A stretch of DNA of 62,809 nucleotides, filler included, from Chrysochromulina tobinii (Eukaryota): the NCBI GenBank assembly GCA_001275005.1. It is 10 parts of 10 records of this genome, joined end to end, with 100 filler letters (N's around TTAATTAATTAA, not from the genome) between each part and the next. Parts side by side here need not be neighbours in the genome. Positions count along the whole stretch, not along the records: positions 42,647 to 47,686 come from JWZX01000365.1; positions 47,787 to 56,820 come from JWZX01000366.1; 8 more parts are not named here. The stretch is one strand, 5' to 3'. Position 1 is the first letter of the stretch, and each line of letters starts with the position of its first letter. The notes below the pieces were generated by a model that was given only the letters and a program-made list of their open reading frames with translations, was not told where the DNA came from and made no database searches. Shown here one piece after another: positions 42,902-52,678 of the stretch. The translations under genes were made by a program, and so were the position numbers.

Positions 42902-44362
42902 CTATTTACTATACATATCATACCTTGTGGGATCATTTACGTTACAATCATGACAAATGAATGTGGCGTGGCAATTTCGTGTTAGGTGAATGATAGAGTT
43001 GTCGAGCCGCTGAATAGTTGCCTTTTGACCTTCAGGGGGTACGTCTTCGTCATTACATTCTTCGTCGAAGCCGATCCATATGTCACGATTACAAAAGGGG
43101 CAAAAGCCATACGATTTGTTCCACATGCGAATCCAATCCGCGTAATTGACAAAGCGCCCAGCTGGTTGTGGGTTCTTGCATGTACCAGTGATGAGACGAA
43201 GATGATCCGTTTGATATAATGACCGGAATCTGTCTTCAATGATGGATAGTAAGCTCTTCGTCCAACCTTGAGGCTTGTCTGGTTCCCCAAAGATCCATGC
43301 ATGGTCGATGGGCCAGAACCATCGACCGTGTTCTGCATCACCGTCCACGTCCATGCAGTCTCGTTGTTGTTCAACAAGGTATTGAAACCTCTCAACTTTG
43401 GAAAAAGAGCCAGCTCCACTTTTCTTCAATTGCACGCGAGTGAGCCCAGATTCGCGATATGTCTGCATGAGCGAGAGGCGCGAGTCAGATTGGCACGGGG
43501 ATTCTCCATCTAAGCTGGTGATGAACTTTCTGGCAAAGATTGTGCCGCCTCGGACGCCAGCTTTCTTGCCAATAGCCACGAGCCACGCTGCGAAATCTGC
43601 GCGCAACTTGGAGACGCGAGTCGAATCGGTACGACCTTCTGCTACAACCTCGGGGGCCTCGCCGGGGGCCTCGCCGGGGGCCTCGCCGAGGTCCTCGCCT
43701 TCAGCCTCGCCTTCAACTTCGCCTTCAGCTTCGCCTTGAGCTGCGTGTTCAGCTGCGCGTTCAGCTGCATGCATCATGGCGAGGCTGGCGCGGATGGCGG
43801 CTGCACTCGGTCGCGATTTTTTCATCGGAGGCGCCGGCTCCGAGCCCAATCTTCGCCTCCGGCCCTGTGGGATTGGAAAGATATGCAAGCCCTTGTGGTT
43901 GTCGTGCAACTGGCAGCCGACCGTGCCACAAGGGCGATCAAACGGTACCTCCTCTACGCCACCATCACTGCCCCTGCCATGGGCACCATGAGCTGCATCA
44001 TCACCCACACTGCAGCGATCAAAGCTCTTGTCGTCAGTCTCTTCGTGAGGTTGAGCCTTCTTCGGAGGCTGCTCTTGCGCTCGATCTTGCGCAGAGAACT
44101 CATCCTCACCGTCAACGTCAAACTCAGCAGCACCATCGGCGAAAACATCGGCGCTGCCTACATCTTCATCTGCATCTCCAAAGTGGTCATCGCCATAGCC
44201 CACCTGGTGCGCAGCTTCCAGCACCTCAAGTCGCCGGCGAAGACGATCAGCGCGTTGCTGCAATTCAAGCAGGCTGATCCGCCGTCCCAGCCTGGCCGCC
44301 TTGTCTTGAATACTCGCAAGGAGGGAGTGCATCTCTGCACAGAGGTTCATCTCGTCGCCCAT
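42902..44362 (-). CDS. Protein with a CxxxGC..H.GLH motif and a C-terminal HNH/His-Me-finger-like nuclease motif
   Basis: CGTVGCQLHDNHKGLH; FCPFCNR...ATIQRLDNSIIHLTRNCH..ICHDCN. Confidence 0.6.
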   Translation of the reverse strand: MGDEMNLCAEMHSLLASIQDKAARLGRRISLLELQQRADRLRRRLEVLEAAHQVGYGDDHFGDADEDVGSADVFADGAAEFDVDGEDEFSAQDRAQEQPPKKAQPHEETDDKSFDRCSVGDDAAHGAHGRGSDGGVEEVPFDRPCGTVGCQLHDNHKGLHIFPIPQGRRRRLGSEPAPPMKKSRPSAAAIRASLAMMHAAERAAEHAAQGEAEGEVEGEAEGEDLGEAPGEAPGEAPEVVAEGRTDSTRVSKLRADFAAWLVAIGKKAGVRGGTIFARKFITSLDGESPCQSDSRLSLMQTYRESGLTRVQLKKSGAGSFSKVERFQYLVEQQRDCMDVDGDAEHGRWFWPIDHAWIFGEPDKPQGWTKSLLSIIEDRFRSLYQTDHLRLITGTCKNPQPAGRFVNYADWIRMWNKSYGFCPFCNRDIWIGFDEECNDEDVPPEGQKATIQRLDNSIIHLTRNCHATFICHDCNVNDPTRYDMYSK

Positions 44363-44493
44363 TGTGCGGGGGCCTGGCTCGGGGGCTTGGCTGGCTCGGG
44401 GGCCCCCGTAACGTATAATATACATGATCGGATGGATGCATTCATAAAAATCGGCGAAAGAAAGGGTGTATGTGTCAAGTCAAAAAGTGTTAT

Positions 44494-44788
44494 GTTTTGC
44501 CCGCGGCGACGCGGGGGCTCGAGGCCCCCGACTTGGCCCCCGCACCATCCATGTCGTGACGACTCTCTCATCTTCAGCGTCTCTTCCTCGCGGATGGGGG
44601 CACGCGAGGTTGACGACGAAGGCAATTGCATGGCTTGCAAGATGCAAGAGCGTGGGAAAAAGGCTAGGTCGCGCCACGCGCCCAATTGCGAGTGGCGCAC
44701 CACTGCTCCAAGAGATGGGGAGGAGGCTGTTGAGCGAAAAAGAAAGCCAGCACGACGGGCAGCGCCAGCGCCAGCGCAAACGGCAGCG
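44494..44788 (+). repeat. Left arm of a 295-bp inverted repeat
   Basis: Reverse complement of 47307-47601, with about 3 mismatches seen. Confidence 0.95.
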
Positions 44789-45775
44789 TCAGCGCCAGCG
44801 TCGGCGTCAGCTGCAGCGGCAGCGGCAGCGGCAGCGGCAGCGGCAGCGGCAGCGCCTGCACCAGCAGTGACAGCACGAACAGCAGCTCAAGATCCAATCG
44901 TCTTGCAGCAACACATTCTCAACTTGCGTGCCGAACTGGAATCCACGAGAAGGGCAGTGGGCGAAGCCTCTCACGCGCGCGACGGGGTGCAGCTCGCTTT
45001 AGAGGTGGCAAAGTCCGAATGCCAAAAAATTCACCAAGAGATGCACGAGCTCAACACGTTTGTACGAGATCTAGAGATGCGCTTCGAGGATATTGAAGGG
45101 GCCCAGGGGGGCTCAAGGGCCTCGACGGGGGCCTCAAGAGCCGCTCCCGCCGCCGTCGCCGGACCGCCGACCGCTGCTGCCGCCAAGACGGGGAGCTCAG
45201 GGGCCTCGGGGGCCTCGCCGGGGGCCTCGGGGGCCTCGGGGGGCGATCCCGCCGTCGCCGCTCGACCCGCCGTCGCCGCACGACCCGCCGTCGCCGCTCC
45301 CGACGTTGCCGATCCCGACGTTGCCGATCCCGCCGCAGTCGCCGGACAGCCGACCGTAGCTGCCGCCAAGACGGGGAGCTCAGGGGCCTCGGGGGCCTCG
45401 CCGGGGGCCTCGGGGGCCTCGGGGGCCTCGGGGGCCGCTCCCGCCGCCGCCGCCGCTGCAAGGACGTGGCCCGCTCCCGCTAACGATTTGCTTACAGAGA
45501 TCGAAATCCACTGTTGGACTGGGCAGAAATTTCCCATCGCCATATGGGCGGATGCACTAGTCCAAGATCTCGAAGATAAAATCATCGACGTGCTGGCATC
45601 TGACCCTGCTTATGAGGAAGCATCCAAAGTAGCAAAATCTCGAGGTCTGCAACTTGTATACAATGGCAAGACACTCATCCACATACTCAACAAGTTGGAC
45701 TCCTACGTGTCACGGGCAAATTCTTTTGGTATCGTCGTCCATGTATTTGTATGTAAATCGAAGGGTCGTATGTAG
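44594..45775 (+). CDS. Paralogue A: CxxC..H..C N-terminus, coiled coil, GASPGAS repeats, ubiquitin-like C-terminal domain
   Basis: MGAREVDDEGNCMACK...; C-terminus IEIHCWTGQKFPIAI..LVQDLEDKI..LQLVYNGKTL resembles a beta-grasp Ubl. Confidence 0.7.
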   Translation: MGAREVDDEGNCMACKMQERGKKARSRHAPNCEWRTTAPRDGEEAVERKRKPARRAAPAPAQTAASAPASASAAAAAAAAAAAAAAAPAPAVTARTAAQDPIVLQQHILNLRAELESTRRAVGEASHARDGVQLALEVAKSECQKIHQEMHELNTFVRDLEMRFEDIEGAQGGSRASTGASRAAPAAVAGPPTAAAAKTGSSGASGASPGASGASGGDPAVAARPAVAARPAVAAPDVADPDVADPAAVAGQPTVAAAKTGSSGASGASPGASGASGASGAAPAAAAAARTWPAPANDLLTEIEIHCWTGQKFPIAIWADALVQDLEDKIIDVLASDPAYEEASKVAKSRGLQLVYNGKTLIHILNKLDSYVSRANSFGIVVHVFVCKSKGRM

Positions 45776-46007
45776 ATCGAACGGTGCGAAAGCCCGTAGT
45801 ACCCACGTTAGTACGATCATACTTCGAGTAAAAATATTATTACTATGACTGTTGAATTGCTGATGCTGTACGCGCGAGAGGCTCTCACAGCGGGAGAACT
45901 TTAAAGAGACATGGATAAGGGCGCCGACGTGCCGACGACGTCGACGACCCATAGATGTGGTCAACTTAAATATTCGAGTCAACTGCATGCTACTGTCGAT
46001 GCTACCG

Positions 46008-47501
46008 TCATTCAAGGAGCTGACATGTTACAGAACAGTACCACGCACCTCCGTTCGCTATTAGAGTGGACTTTGACGCGCCGTCCCAAAAGCACGCAAA
46101 GGGGTCTGAATGGACCAATTGGCCACAGACGCACGTATGTCGTGCGACTCCCTTCACAGGCATGCCGCACCCACCACAGTCTTCTGGGCCTAGACGTGGT
46201 GGATCCAAGCTCGAGGAACTATGGACTCGAGCCCGCTTTGCTGTAGCGGCTCCCGAGGCCCCCGGCAAGGCTCCCGTCGAGGCCCCCGTCGAGGCCCCCG
46301 CCAATGGCTGCCAAGAGAGCTCCGAGAGTGACGGCTCCTGCCTAGGCTGCGCATTCACAGGCGGCGCCATTGGCGGCATGGCCACCTGGAGCTTCATGCC
46401 TGGATACATGCCCTCGGGGACGAGGATGCGCACGCGACGGCCGTCGGGGGCGAGCAAATCGAGAGGCATGCCCGAGGCGACGCCTTCCGGGATTGTGATC
46501 CCCAGGTGAAGGCGCGGCGCCTCACCCAGCATGGGAGGCACGCTCGCGGCGGCGGCGGTGCGAGCATCGGCGTCGGTGCGAGCGTCGGTGCGAGCGTCGG
46601 CTGCGGCGGGAGCGACAGCACCGGTGGGAGCGACGGCAGCGATAGCGGACCCCGAGGCCCCCGGCGAGGCCCCCGTCGAGGCCCCCGAGGCTTTGGAGGC
46701 AGACCTGGTTGGTCTTTGTGAAGCCATCTCTGCGGCTGCGCGAGCATCGGCGGCGATGCGAGCGTCGGCTGCGGCGGGAGCGACAGTACCGGTGGGAGCG
46801 ACGGCAGCGATAGCGGCCCCCGAGGCCCCCGGCGAGGCCCCCGGCGAGGCCCCCGGCGAGGCCCCCAAAGCCCGCGGCTTGGTGGCAGGTTGAGGTATAA
46901 CGTGGCCCCCTTCAATGGCCTTGATGCGCTCCTCTAGTTCTCGTACATATGTGTTGAGCTCGGCCATCGCTTGTTGAAGATGTTGACATTCAACCAATGC
47001 CACATCTAAAGCTTGTTGCAAGCGCTCGCGCGAAGCATTTACTTCTCCGAGCTTCCTTCTCAAGAAGTCTAGATCCTTGGAGAGCCGGTCGATCTCAAGC
47101 TGCAACACCCCCGTAACATTCGATAATTGTTCTGGCGCAGGCGTTGGCGCTAGCTCTTTTGCTGGCGCTGCTGGCGCAGGCGCTATCGCTGGCGCAGGCG
47201 CTATCGCTGGCGCTGGCGCTGGCGCTGGCGCCAGCTCAGGCGCTGCCGCTGCCGCTGCCGCTGCCGCTGCCGCTGACGCTGACGCTGACGCTGCCGTTTG
47301 CGCTGCCGCTGCCGTTTGCGCTGGCGCTGGCGCTGCCCCTCGTGCTGGCTTTCTTTTTCGCTCAACAGCCTCCTCCCCATCTCTTGGAGCTGTGGTGCGC
47401 CACTCGCAATTGGGCGCGTGGCGCGACCTAGCCTTTTTCCCACGCTCTTGCATCTTGCAAGCCATGCAATTGCCTTCGTCGTCAACCTCGCGTGCCCCCA
47501 T
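46008..47501 (-). CDS. Paralogue B: same N-terminus, coiled coil, GASPGAS repeats, (I/V)PEG..PG domain, C-terminal Cys/His zinc finger
   Basis: Near-identical first ~65 aa; ITIPEGVASG..ILVPEGMYPG; CGGC..HTCVC..H..C..WYCSVTC. Confidence 0.7.
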   Translation of the reverse strand: MGAREVDDEGNCMACKMQERGKKARSRHAPNCEWRTTAPRDGEEAVERKRKPARGAAPAPAQTAAAAQTAASASASAAAAAAAAAAAPELAPAPAPAPAIAPAPAIAPAPAAPAKELAPTPAPEQLSNVTGVLQLEIDRLSKDLDFLRRKLGEVNASRERLQQALDVALVECQHLQQAMAELNTYVRELEERIKAIEGGHVIPQPATKPRALGASPGASPGASPGASGAAIAAVAPTGTVAPAAADARIAADARAAAEMASQRPTRSASKASGASTGASPGASGSAIAAVAPTGAVAPAAADARTDARTDADARTAAAASVPPMLGEAPRLHLGITIPEGVASGMPLDLLAPDGRRVRILVPEGMYPGMKLQVAMPPMAPPVNAQPRQEPSLSELSWQPLAGASTGASTGALPGASGAATAKRARVHSSSSLDPPRLGPEDCGGCGMPVKGVARHTCVCGQLVHSDPFACFWDGASKSTLIANGGAWYCSVTCQLLE

Positions 47502-47601
47502 CCGCGAGGAAGAGACGCTGAAGATGAGAGAGTCGTCCCGACATGGATGGTGCGGGGGCCAAGTCGGGGGCCTCGAGCCCCCGCGTCGCCGCGGGCAAAA
47601 C
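47307..47601 (-). repeat. Right arm of the 295-bp inverted repeat
   Basis: Ends gcgggcaaaac, matching gttttgcccgc at 44494. Confidence 0.95.
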
Positions 47602-47786
47602 TTAAGGTAGTCCGCTCATGGTGTACATGGGGCAAAAACTGATCTCCAAAACTACTGAAGGGATTTGAACGAAACTCAAGCCAGAGNNNNNNNNNNNNNN
47701 NNNNNNNNNNNNNNNNNNNNNNNNNNNNNNTTAATTAATTAANNNNNNNNNNNNNNNNNNNNNNNNNNNNNNNNNNNNNNNNNNNN

Positions 47787-48091
47787 ACTCGACGGAGGCG
47801 GCCATCTTGCGCGCGATGGGCACCGAGTCTGCAACCATCACGACCGCGGGCCTGATCATGACCGTCGCCTTCTCTTCGATGCTCCTCTCCGTCACGACGG
47901 TTCTCAACCAGTGGGGCCTCATGCTCGTCGCCACCTCCCTGATCGACACCTTTCTAGTGCGCTCGGTGCTCGTACCCAGCCTCATGTTCTCGTTCGTCGA
48001 GCACAACTGGTGGCCTGGCCGAATGCCAATTCCGACACTTCACAGCCATATGGATCGGCGTCATGTGGCTGCAGACTCTGTGCTCAATTGA
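47787..48091 (+). CDS. C-terminal fragment of an MMPL/RND-family membrane protein
   Basis: TITTAGLIMTVAFSSMLLS..LNQWG..LIDTFLVRSVLVPSLM..NWWPG is the typical MMPL end. Confidence 0.85.
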
Positions 48092-49087
48092 TGCTGGAGC
48101 ACTCTCACGCGTGGAAAGGGAGACGGTGCCTTGCAGTGGCGCTGCCGAGAAGGTCTTCCAGGGCAAGCACCGTTGCTGGGCGAGCAAGATGCGCCGAGAT
48201 GCACCGAGATGCACCGAGATGCACCGAGATGCCGAGCTCGGCGAGCACGATGCGCCGCGCGCGGCGGGCGGGCAAAACCAGTACCATGTCGATATCTCTG
48301 AGGGATATCGCTGCCTACAATCCACACTAACACAACGCGTGCGCATTATACATGGACCATGCACCGGAACTCGCATACTTGTACCGGCGAAACGAGCGAA
48401 CCGCTCGCTCGCGTCGCATAGTCGCTCGTCGGGCACGTCGCTCCGCTCGTGGGTCGATCTGTCTTGGCTCATGTGGACGTGTCCTCGCGGTTGTGGTTGT
48501 TGTAGACGCGGAGCTCGCATACCCAAGTAATTTCCCCCACTGAGCCCCCTAACGTTACGATTCAAAATGACGTGACTCAGTGAGTGCTCTTGGCCAAGGG
48601 CCGAGCTCTGAGCCACCCCCGGTATTCTAGACAGCCTGGGTCCGGGAGGGTGCAGGGTCACGGTCAGGGTGGGGCACGACAAACGTCGCGAGCGAGCCGC
48701 TCGACACAACAACCACCACCGAAAAAGAAGCGCGTCTCATGCAAACAACACGATAGCGCACGAGGCGAGCTTCTCTTCGCTTTCAGCGAAGCGGACAAGT
48801 GGGGACCGACGAGCGGCGACGCCGACGGGGACTGATCGGAGAACACATCTCAGATAATCCATCGGCCCGCTCCGCTTATGGGAACAAAATGCATGCATGC
48901 TCGGCCGGGCCGTTGGCCGGCTCGCTTGCGGAGCCCTCGCCCTCATTCACAGTCACTGAAGACACCATCGGCGGCGAACAGAGAAAGAGGGCCGTGAAAA
49001 CTTTCGGCGTTCCGCGCTTCCTTCGGCGCGTTCGGGACTTGATTGTGTGTCAGAGCTCTCCTGCTTATCGCGCTTGTTGTTGGCAGC

Positions 49088-51127
49088 ATGGAGCTCGATG
49101 GCTTTGTCATCAGCCCGTCACGCAAAAAAGGTGGTGCGCTGCTTAGTGTCGAGGTCGCGGCCCATCCGCCGCCGTTTGGTTCCGAGCCGCTCGTCATCGA
49201 GGATCGGAGACCCGCCCTCGAGCGTCAACGCACACTTAGGGCCGTGCAGGCCGGACGTCGTGTCGCTCCGCGGCTGAGCCCGCGTGAGCGTTGCCGCCGC
49301 TTCACCCAGTCGATACGATGGCAGTCGGGGCAGCTGCTTGCGGCCATCATCGACCTCACCATGCTCATTTACGAGCTCAACGGTGGCTTGGTTGCCGTGA
49401 TCCAAACGACCACCATTCTCGTGCTGCTCATTTACTCGTGCGACCTCGCGCTCCGCGCGTACACATACCGGGGCATGCTGCTGCGTAACCCGTGGGCATG
49501 GTTTGATTACAGCGTCATTTCGTTCTCCATCCTCATGTGGCTCCTTGAGACCATCGTCAAGGCGAATGCGCATGTGACGAGTGCTCAAGACGTGAGCGCG
49601 GGCCTTCGTGGGCTGATCGTGTTCCTGCGCTGGGTGCGCTCGATTCGCATCTTCTTCCTCCTCATGCGACAAGTGAAGGCGGGCCAGCACGCGGCTCGCC
49701 AGCAGACAGGGGAGAACAAGAAACGGTACATTGACCTCGACAAAGGCTTTGACCTCGACCTTGTCTACGTGAGCCCGCAGTTAATCGCGATGAGCGTGCC
49801 CGCCACCTGGCCGACGAGTTTGTACCGCAACCCGCTCCGAGAGGTGGTGCGCTTCTTTGAGAGCCGTCACGGCGTGGGCGGTTACCTGGTCGTCAACTGC
49901 TGCCCTGAACTGCCGTACCCTCATGAAGCCTTCACGTCAGGTGCAGTCATCGCGTTTGATGTGCAGGACCACACCCCGCCGACGATGGCGCAGTTTGTCG
50001 CGTTCCTCAACCGGGCGGTCCACATGAGCGAGAGCAGCACGCTCGCCATCCACTGCCGCGGCGGCAAAGGGCGCTCGGGCTCGATGGTGTGCGCGTGGCT
50101 GCTCTTCACACGCGAGTGTGAAGACGCGGAGGACGCGCTCACTCTTTTCGCCCTACAGCGCACGGAGCTCGGGCTGGGTCGCAGGAAGCTACAGGGCGTC
50201 GACACGCCCTCGCAGAAGCGGTACGTGCACCAGCTGGAGAAGCTGCTGCGCACGCAGCAAGTGTACCACCCGCGCGCGGTTGCTATGGCGGCTGCTGACG
50301 GGAGAAGTCCTCCGACGCCACTGCCCTCTGAGATGGCTGTGGCATTGCAGATTCTCAACGGATCGGACCCGCCGCCGTCCATGCCCAAGATGGTGGAGTT
50401 ACAGCCGCCGCCGCGCCCGATGGTCCATCTCACCAGGCTGGAGCTCAACAACTGGTTTCGTCACAAGCTGCCGAGCTACAATCTCGTCGTCGCGGTCCAT
50501 ACCGAGCTAAAGCAGGGGACGCATCAGGACCCTCGCCACACGATTCTCACGTACGACGGGGGCAAAGCGCCACACGGCGCGCGCGCCGGCCCGTGCTACG
50601 TGACGTATTGGTCGCCGCCCGTGCGCGTGCCGCTACCGCCCAAGGGCGGTGGCGGTGGCGCGCCCGCGACTGCGCCGCCGGAACTGCTCACGTTCGACCT
50701 CAACGTGAGCGTTCAAGGTGACGTGCGCGTGTCCGTCTTCGACCTGGACAAGCTGCTCAAGGATCGCCGGAAGCGCGCGGCCTCTGGCAAGGATCCCACT
50801 CTACCCTTTGACCATGCCCCACCGAGCTCCTGGGCGACGCTCGGAGAGGAGGCTTGGATGGCGGAGAGAGTCAAGGCCTCGGGCGTACAACCGTTGGGCG
50901 CCGCCTCGGGCGCTTCCTCGGGCGCCGGGCGCATTATTGCTGGAAAGGAGGCCGGCTGCCTGTTCTACTTCCTCTTCCACAGCGCCTTTGTCGAGGACGG
51001 CCTGCTGCGCGTCCCTCTGCCCATGATGGACAAGGCGTTCAAGAACAAGAAGGGGATCTACCGCCCGGACGGCGTCACGGTGCTGCGATTTCAGCCGGAT
51101 GGAGCGGCGCCCGCGGACGCGGTGTGA
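49088..51127 (+). CDS. Voltage-sensing phosphatase (VSD, PTEN-like phosphatase, C2)
   Basis: Four TM segments including WAWFDY and an Arg-spaced S4 LRGLIVFLRWVRSIR; linker ENKKRY..GFDLDLVYV; YRNP, QDHTPP, HCRGGKGRSG, GVDTPSQKRYV; C2 end FYFLFHSAF..MDKA. Confidence 0.9.
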   Translation: MELDGFVISPSRKKGGALLSVEVAAHPPPFGSEPLVIEDRRPALERQRTLRAVQAGRRVAPRLSPRERCRRFTQSIRWQSGQLLAAIIDLTMLIYELNGGLVAVIQTTTILVLLIYSCDLALRAYTYRGMLLRNPWAWFDYSVISFSILMWLLETIVKANAHVTSAQDVSAGLRGLIVFLRWVRSIRIFFLLMRQVKAGQHAARQQTGENKKRYIDLDKGFDLDLVYVSPQLIAMSVPATWPTSLYRNPLREVVRFFESRHGVGGYLVVNCCPELPYPHEAFTSGAVIAFDVQDHTPPTMAQFVAFLNRAVHMSESSTLAIHCRGGKGRSGSMVCAWLLFTRECEDAEDALTLFALQRTELGLGRRKLQGVDTPSQKRYVHQLEKLLRTQQVYHPRAVAMAAADGRSPPTPLPSEMAVALQILNGSDPPPSMPKMVELQPPPRPMVHLTRLELNNWFRHKLPSYNLVVAVHTELKQGTHQDPRHTILTYDGGKAPHGARAGPCYVTYWSPPVRVPLPPKGGGGGAPATAPPELLTFDLNVSVQGDVRVSVFDLDKLLKDRRKRAASGKDPTLPFDHAPPSSWATLGEEAWMAERVKASGVQPLGAASGASSGAGRIIAGKEAGCLFYFLFHSAFVEDGLLRVPLPMMDKAFKNKKGIYRPDGVTVLRFQPDGAAPADAV

Positions 51128-51589
51128 AACACTCACCGGACACCGCGTTCCCGCGATCGCGTTGATTCATTGTCGCGTGTTCGTGTGGCAATTTTGGGGT
51201 GTTGGTTGTCCGGTTCACCGAGGATCACAGTGTGGTCCAGCGCTGTTACTGTATGCACTATGCAGTATGTGGTACTGTTTACTGTAATCGGAACCAAGGA
51301 ACGGGCCTATAGCCGGCTCGGGGGCGGCTTAAGGCGGTGCCGCACCACCCGCCTCCCACCACGCGCCGAGCTGCACGTTACCGTGTCCGGCCGGGATGCG
51401 AGGAGCCAGCGGCGCGCGGGCGGGGCGCCGCGGGGTCGGCGCTTATGTTGGGCCTATACTTTTGAGCGTTTCGTAGGGCCTGTTCCCTGCGAGTGTGACA
51501 TAATGCGAGAATTGCGGCCGCGGCTGCGGCTGCGCAGCCGCGCAGCCCTTCGAGAGACAGCCACCGCCGAGTCCCACGCAGAGACCACT

Positions 51590-52406
51590 CTAGTCTTCAT
51601 CTTCTTCGTCCTCCATCATCTCGTGCGTCCCCGCCTCGGCGCTAGGCACCGTGAGGAAGCCGCGCTGGTCAAAGGCGCTGGGCTCGGTGCCGACACACGA
51701 GACAAAGGACACGTTGTGGTTGTACACGAGCCACTCGCCGTCCTCGAGCCGTTGCACGCAGTGCCCCGGGAAGTTGGCGATCTGCAAGCATTGCGGCGTC
51801 GGAGACGCGGTCGGCAGATGCCGACCGCCGTCCATCACGTTTAGGTGGCTCACGAGTGACGCAAGGATTCTCCGCAACGTCCGTCCGCTGCCACCGCCTT
51901 TCTCACTGCCGCCGCCGCTGCTCTCGCCAGCCGAAGTGCTGCCCTCGCCTTCGATCGCCGCAGCCTCCACCTCGGATGGTGTGTGCAGCATGTACGGAAG
52001 CGGCGGGTAATTGGGCAGGACGACGTGAGTCTTGGTGAAGCGCGCGCGAACCAGTGTGGCACGGCCCTGCGGGCGTGAAGTTGAAGTGCCAATTGAAGGT
52101 TTGAAGCTCTTCAGTGGTGATGGTGGTTCGAAGTATTTCGCGCAAGGAGAACCTGTAGCGCGCAACCCAGTCAGGCTGCACGTGGTTAAGCAGCCACTGC
52201 TCCCGTTCGGGGGTTAGCCGAAAACGCGGGGTTGCCTCGCAGCGTGCGGTGCACAGGCTACGCCATAGGGCCTCCGTTGGGAGGCCGTGCATCCGCCTCG
52301 CGCATGCGCCGAAACGAAGCAACGCCCGAGGATCGAGCCATTGCGCCACGGATAGGATGAGATCGTCGGGCAGGCGATCGAACGGAGAGTTCTCGGAGCC
52401 GGCCAT
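51590..52406 (-). CDS. F-box protein with an apparent frameshift near 52065 (pseudogene or assembly error)
   Basis: FDRLPDDLILSVAQWLDPRALLRFGACARRM. The coding-like sequence continues in another frame (ATLVRARF..NYPPLPY..IANFPGHCVQRLEDGEWLVYN). Confidence 0.7.
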
Positions 52407-52678
52407 CTCTTCGCTTCCAGTTCCGGAAAGTTTCGCGTCTCGTGTAGCGGAATCTTCGCGGTTGACCGGGAGTGGGCAGCCCTCCCCCCCCCGGTGTTTT
52501 TGAACGGATAAGGGCAGCCCAGTCGATTCGAGATGCACGGCGATAAGCTGAATTGCTGATCTGATGAATGAGGCAATCAGCTACCGGTACGCCGCTTGAA
52601 CGCGTGACGTTCAGGAGAAACGACATCGCTGAACAGCCCGACCTCGGCGCAGCGCGTTTGCGCCGTCCGCCGGTGACC

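Noticed and set aside
43736..44593. N-terminal 286 aa of the 679-aa ORF
   Set aside because: Antisense shadow of the 42902-44362 gene. The paralogue shows the real start is ATG 44594.
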